Assembly: GCA_010093605.1 (NCBI GenBank)
Contig: MU004184.1
Location: 444,801 to 508,800, forward strand
DNA length: 64,000 nt
Reading direction: 5' to 3'
Source of the DNA: Lophium mytilinum
Lineage: Eukaryota
In this document: positions 62,460 to 64,000 of the stretch, piece by piece
Layout of the letters: every line of letters begins with the position of its first letter
Position numbering within the stretch: position 1 is the stretch's first letter
The notes under the pieces: model-generated
What the model was told of the DNA's origin: nothing
The model's database searches: none
Seen by the model: only the letters and a program-made list of their open reading frames with translations
Program-made: the position numbers and the translations under genes

Positions 62460-63863
62460 GAGGTTGTAGTGCTCTCGGTTGCGGTGCTGGGTGTCGGGGC
62501 CGGTCAAGGCGGGGGTGCTGGTCTCGTTGTGTTCCGGCATGCTTGCTCTTGATGCGCGATCTGGTGATGAAGGAATGGGAAGTGGTGATGGAGTGATTGA
62601 GTGACACGCACGAAGCAGGAGTGAATTGATTGCTTTGACAGTGGTGAAGACACAGAAGGAAGGTGGTGTTGTTGTGAGGTGGAGGAGGAAAGGAAAGGTC
62701 TGGCGGGGGAAATTTATAGGCCAGCAGACGGGCGAGTGCGCGCTCCGGATCAACACGCCGCTCCGAAGCTGCGCACCTGCTCCGGATCACTGCACCACGC
62801 TGCCGCTGCCGCCTCGGGGAAATGTGTGATCGGGAGGGGTTGAGATCGCGCATCGGCATGCCGCACCGCACCGAGAGAGCTTCTTCGCCGAGTTCGCACC
62901 GGCCCGGGCGTCCACACGTGGTTGACGTACCTGTCAGGGGCGTTCATCTTGACGGCTGATGTCTGATGTGCTGTGGAGGGATGTCTAGAATAGACTGTCA
63001 GCGGGACAGTCCATGGGGGGGTCCGCGATTTGGGGTCGTACAGGTTGAAATTTGCTTGTCAGGTGACAGCGTTGGAGGTGTGCCTATCCATTATCATTAG
63101 CCACAGGTCTCTCATAATAGGCGTCCCATACAGGGTGACCAGGCATGTATGAGCTGGGGGAGGTACTGGGGGAGGTGGGCTTGGTGGGAGGTCGTAGATT
63201 CAAGGCCATTGGCCAGCGAGATGGGGGGATGGATGAGGACGTGTAAACAGTCCTAGGGGTGCAGAGACAGGAGGGAAAGAGACGACAGGAGAGTGCATAT
63301 GAGAGTGAGGAGGTTCGGGCAGATGAGGGAGCTCGTGAATCAGGACGCTGGCCCGTCGGATTGCGCCCGGCGACGCAGCGACGGGGAGAGGGAGAACAGG
63401 GTATCTTACAGGTCAAGGATGTCGTGGACGAGGTACAGACTGGAGTGTGTGGAGTGTGCAACGTGGACAGAGCGTGGTGTGGAGGGGGTGAAGCTGTCGC
63501 GGTGATGTTGGAGGATGAAGAAGTGAGGTTGGTCGCGAGTCAGAAGGCGCGGGACATTCTTTGTGGTTTGTATTACATACACACCGCTAACCCCCCTGCG
63601 CCAATCATTCGCGGGCTACACAGTCTTGGTAGGACCGAGGAAGCACCCTAGTAATACATTCTGCCGCCCCAAGACCCCTGCAGATGCCCTATGATACTCG
63701 ACAAGCCATGCACTGCCTCCAAGACGCTCAAGAAACCTCCAAGACCCTCCTAGCCTGCATGTAGGACTCAAATAGTCCTTCCAACAGCAGTCCACCGAGC
63801 TGCAAGCCTTGCAGCGTTGCGAGCGTGCCTGCAGCTTGCTTGCTCCGTCAAACCTGCCTCCTC

Positions 63864-64000
63864 TTAGCCTATGACCCTCCCAGCGACCGGCGGCCCGCTC
63901 TTGTCCTTCGTCTGCACCTTGCGAAGGCCCTTGCCCGACTGGATTTCGCCCAAGAGGCCTCCGATATTGGGTACAGCAGCCCTTGGGGCTGGCGGCATCC
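63864..64000 (-). CDS. PAN1: 3' end of a WH2-domain actin regulator, Pan1-like (partial, runs off the window)
   Basis: [49 protein letters not shown]: proline-rich stretch, then terminal WH2. Confidence 0.7.
   Translation of the reverse strand, partial: MPPAPRAAVPNIGGLLGEIQSGKGLRKVQTKDKSGPPVAGRVIG

Noticed and set aside
63084..63651. ORFs or telomerase RNA between RPB11 and the Pan1-like gene
   Set aside because: No domain, no telomeric template sequence seen; likely UTR or promoter DNA

Overview
Eukaryotic DNA from a filamentous ascomycete (Pezizomycotina), judged from short GT-AG introns with CTAAC/CTGAC branch sites and fungal gene families. The first ~19 kb has few intact protein genes and many degraded ORFs. 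It does carry two minus-strand spliceosomal snRNA genes that are themselves interrupted by mRNA-type introns: U4 (one GC-AG intron) and U2 (two GT-AG introns). The three introns resemble each other. Both genes share an identical 29-bp upstream element and a covarying downstream hairpin. A third copy of that hairpin follows an unexplained ~85-nt candidate RNA that retains U2 stem-loop IV. This region also holds a Mei2-like RRM pseudogene. The rest of the window encodes a VOC/glyoxalase, a NOD-less TPR protein, a GNAT, an NB-ARC-TPR NLR, an ABCA transporter, three paralogous small secreted Cys-rich proteins, an LRR protein, an M16 peptidase, ZW10/Dsl1, a Rossmann-fold enzyme, an RNI-like protein, RPB11 and the 3' end of a Pan1-like gene. 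Four intergenic degenerate tandem arrays have periods of ~108-195 bp. All splice models and RNA folds were derived by eye; no database search was run.
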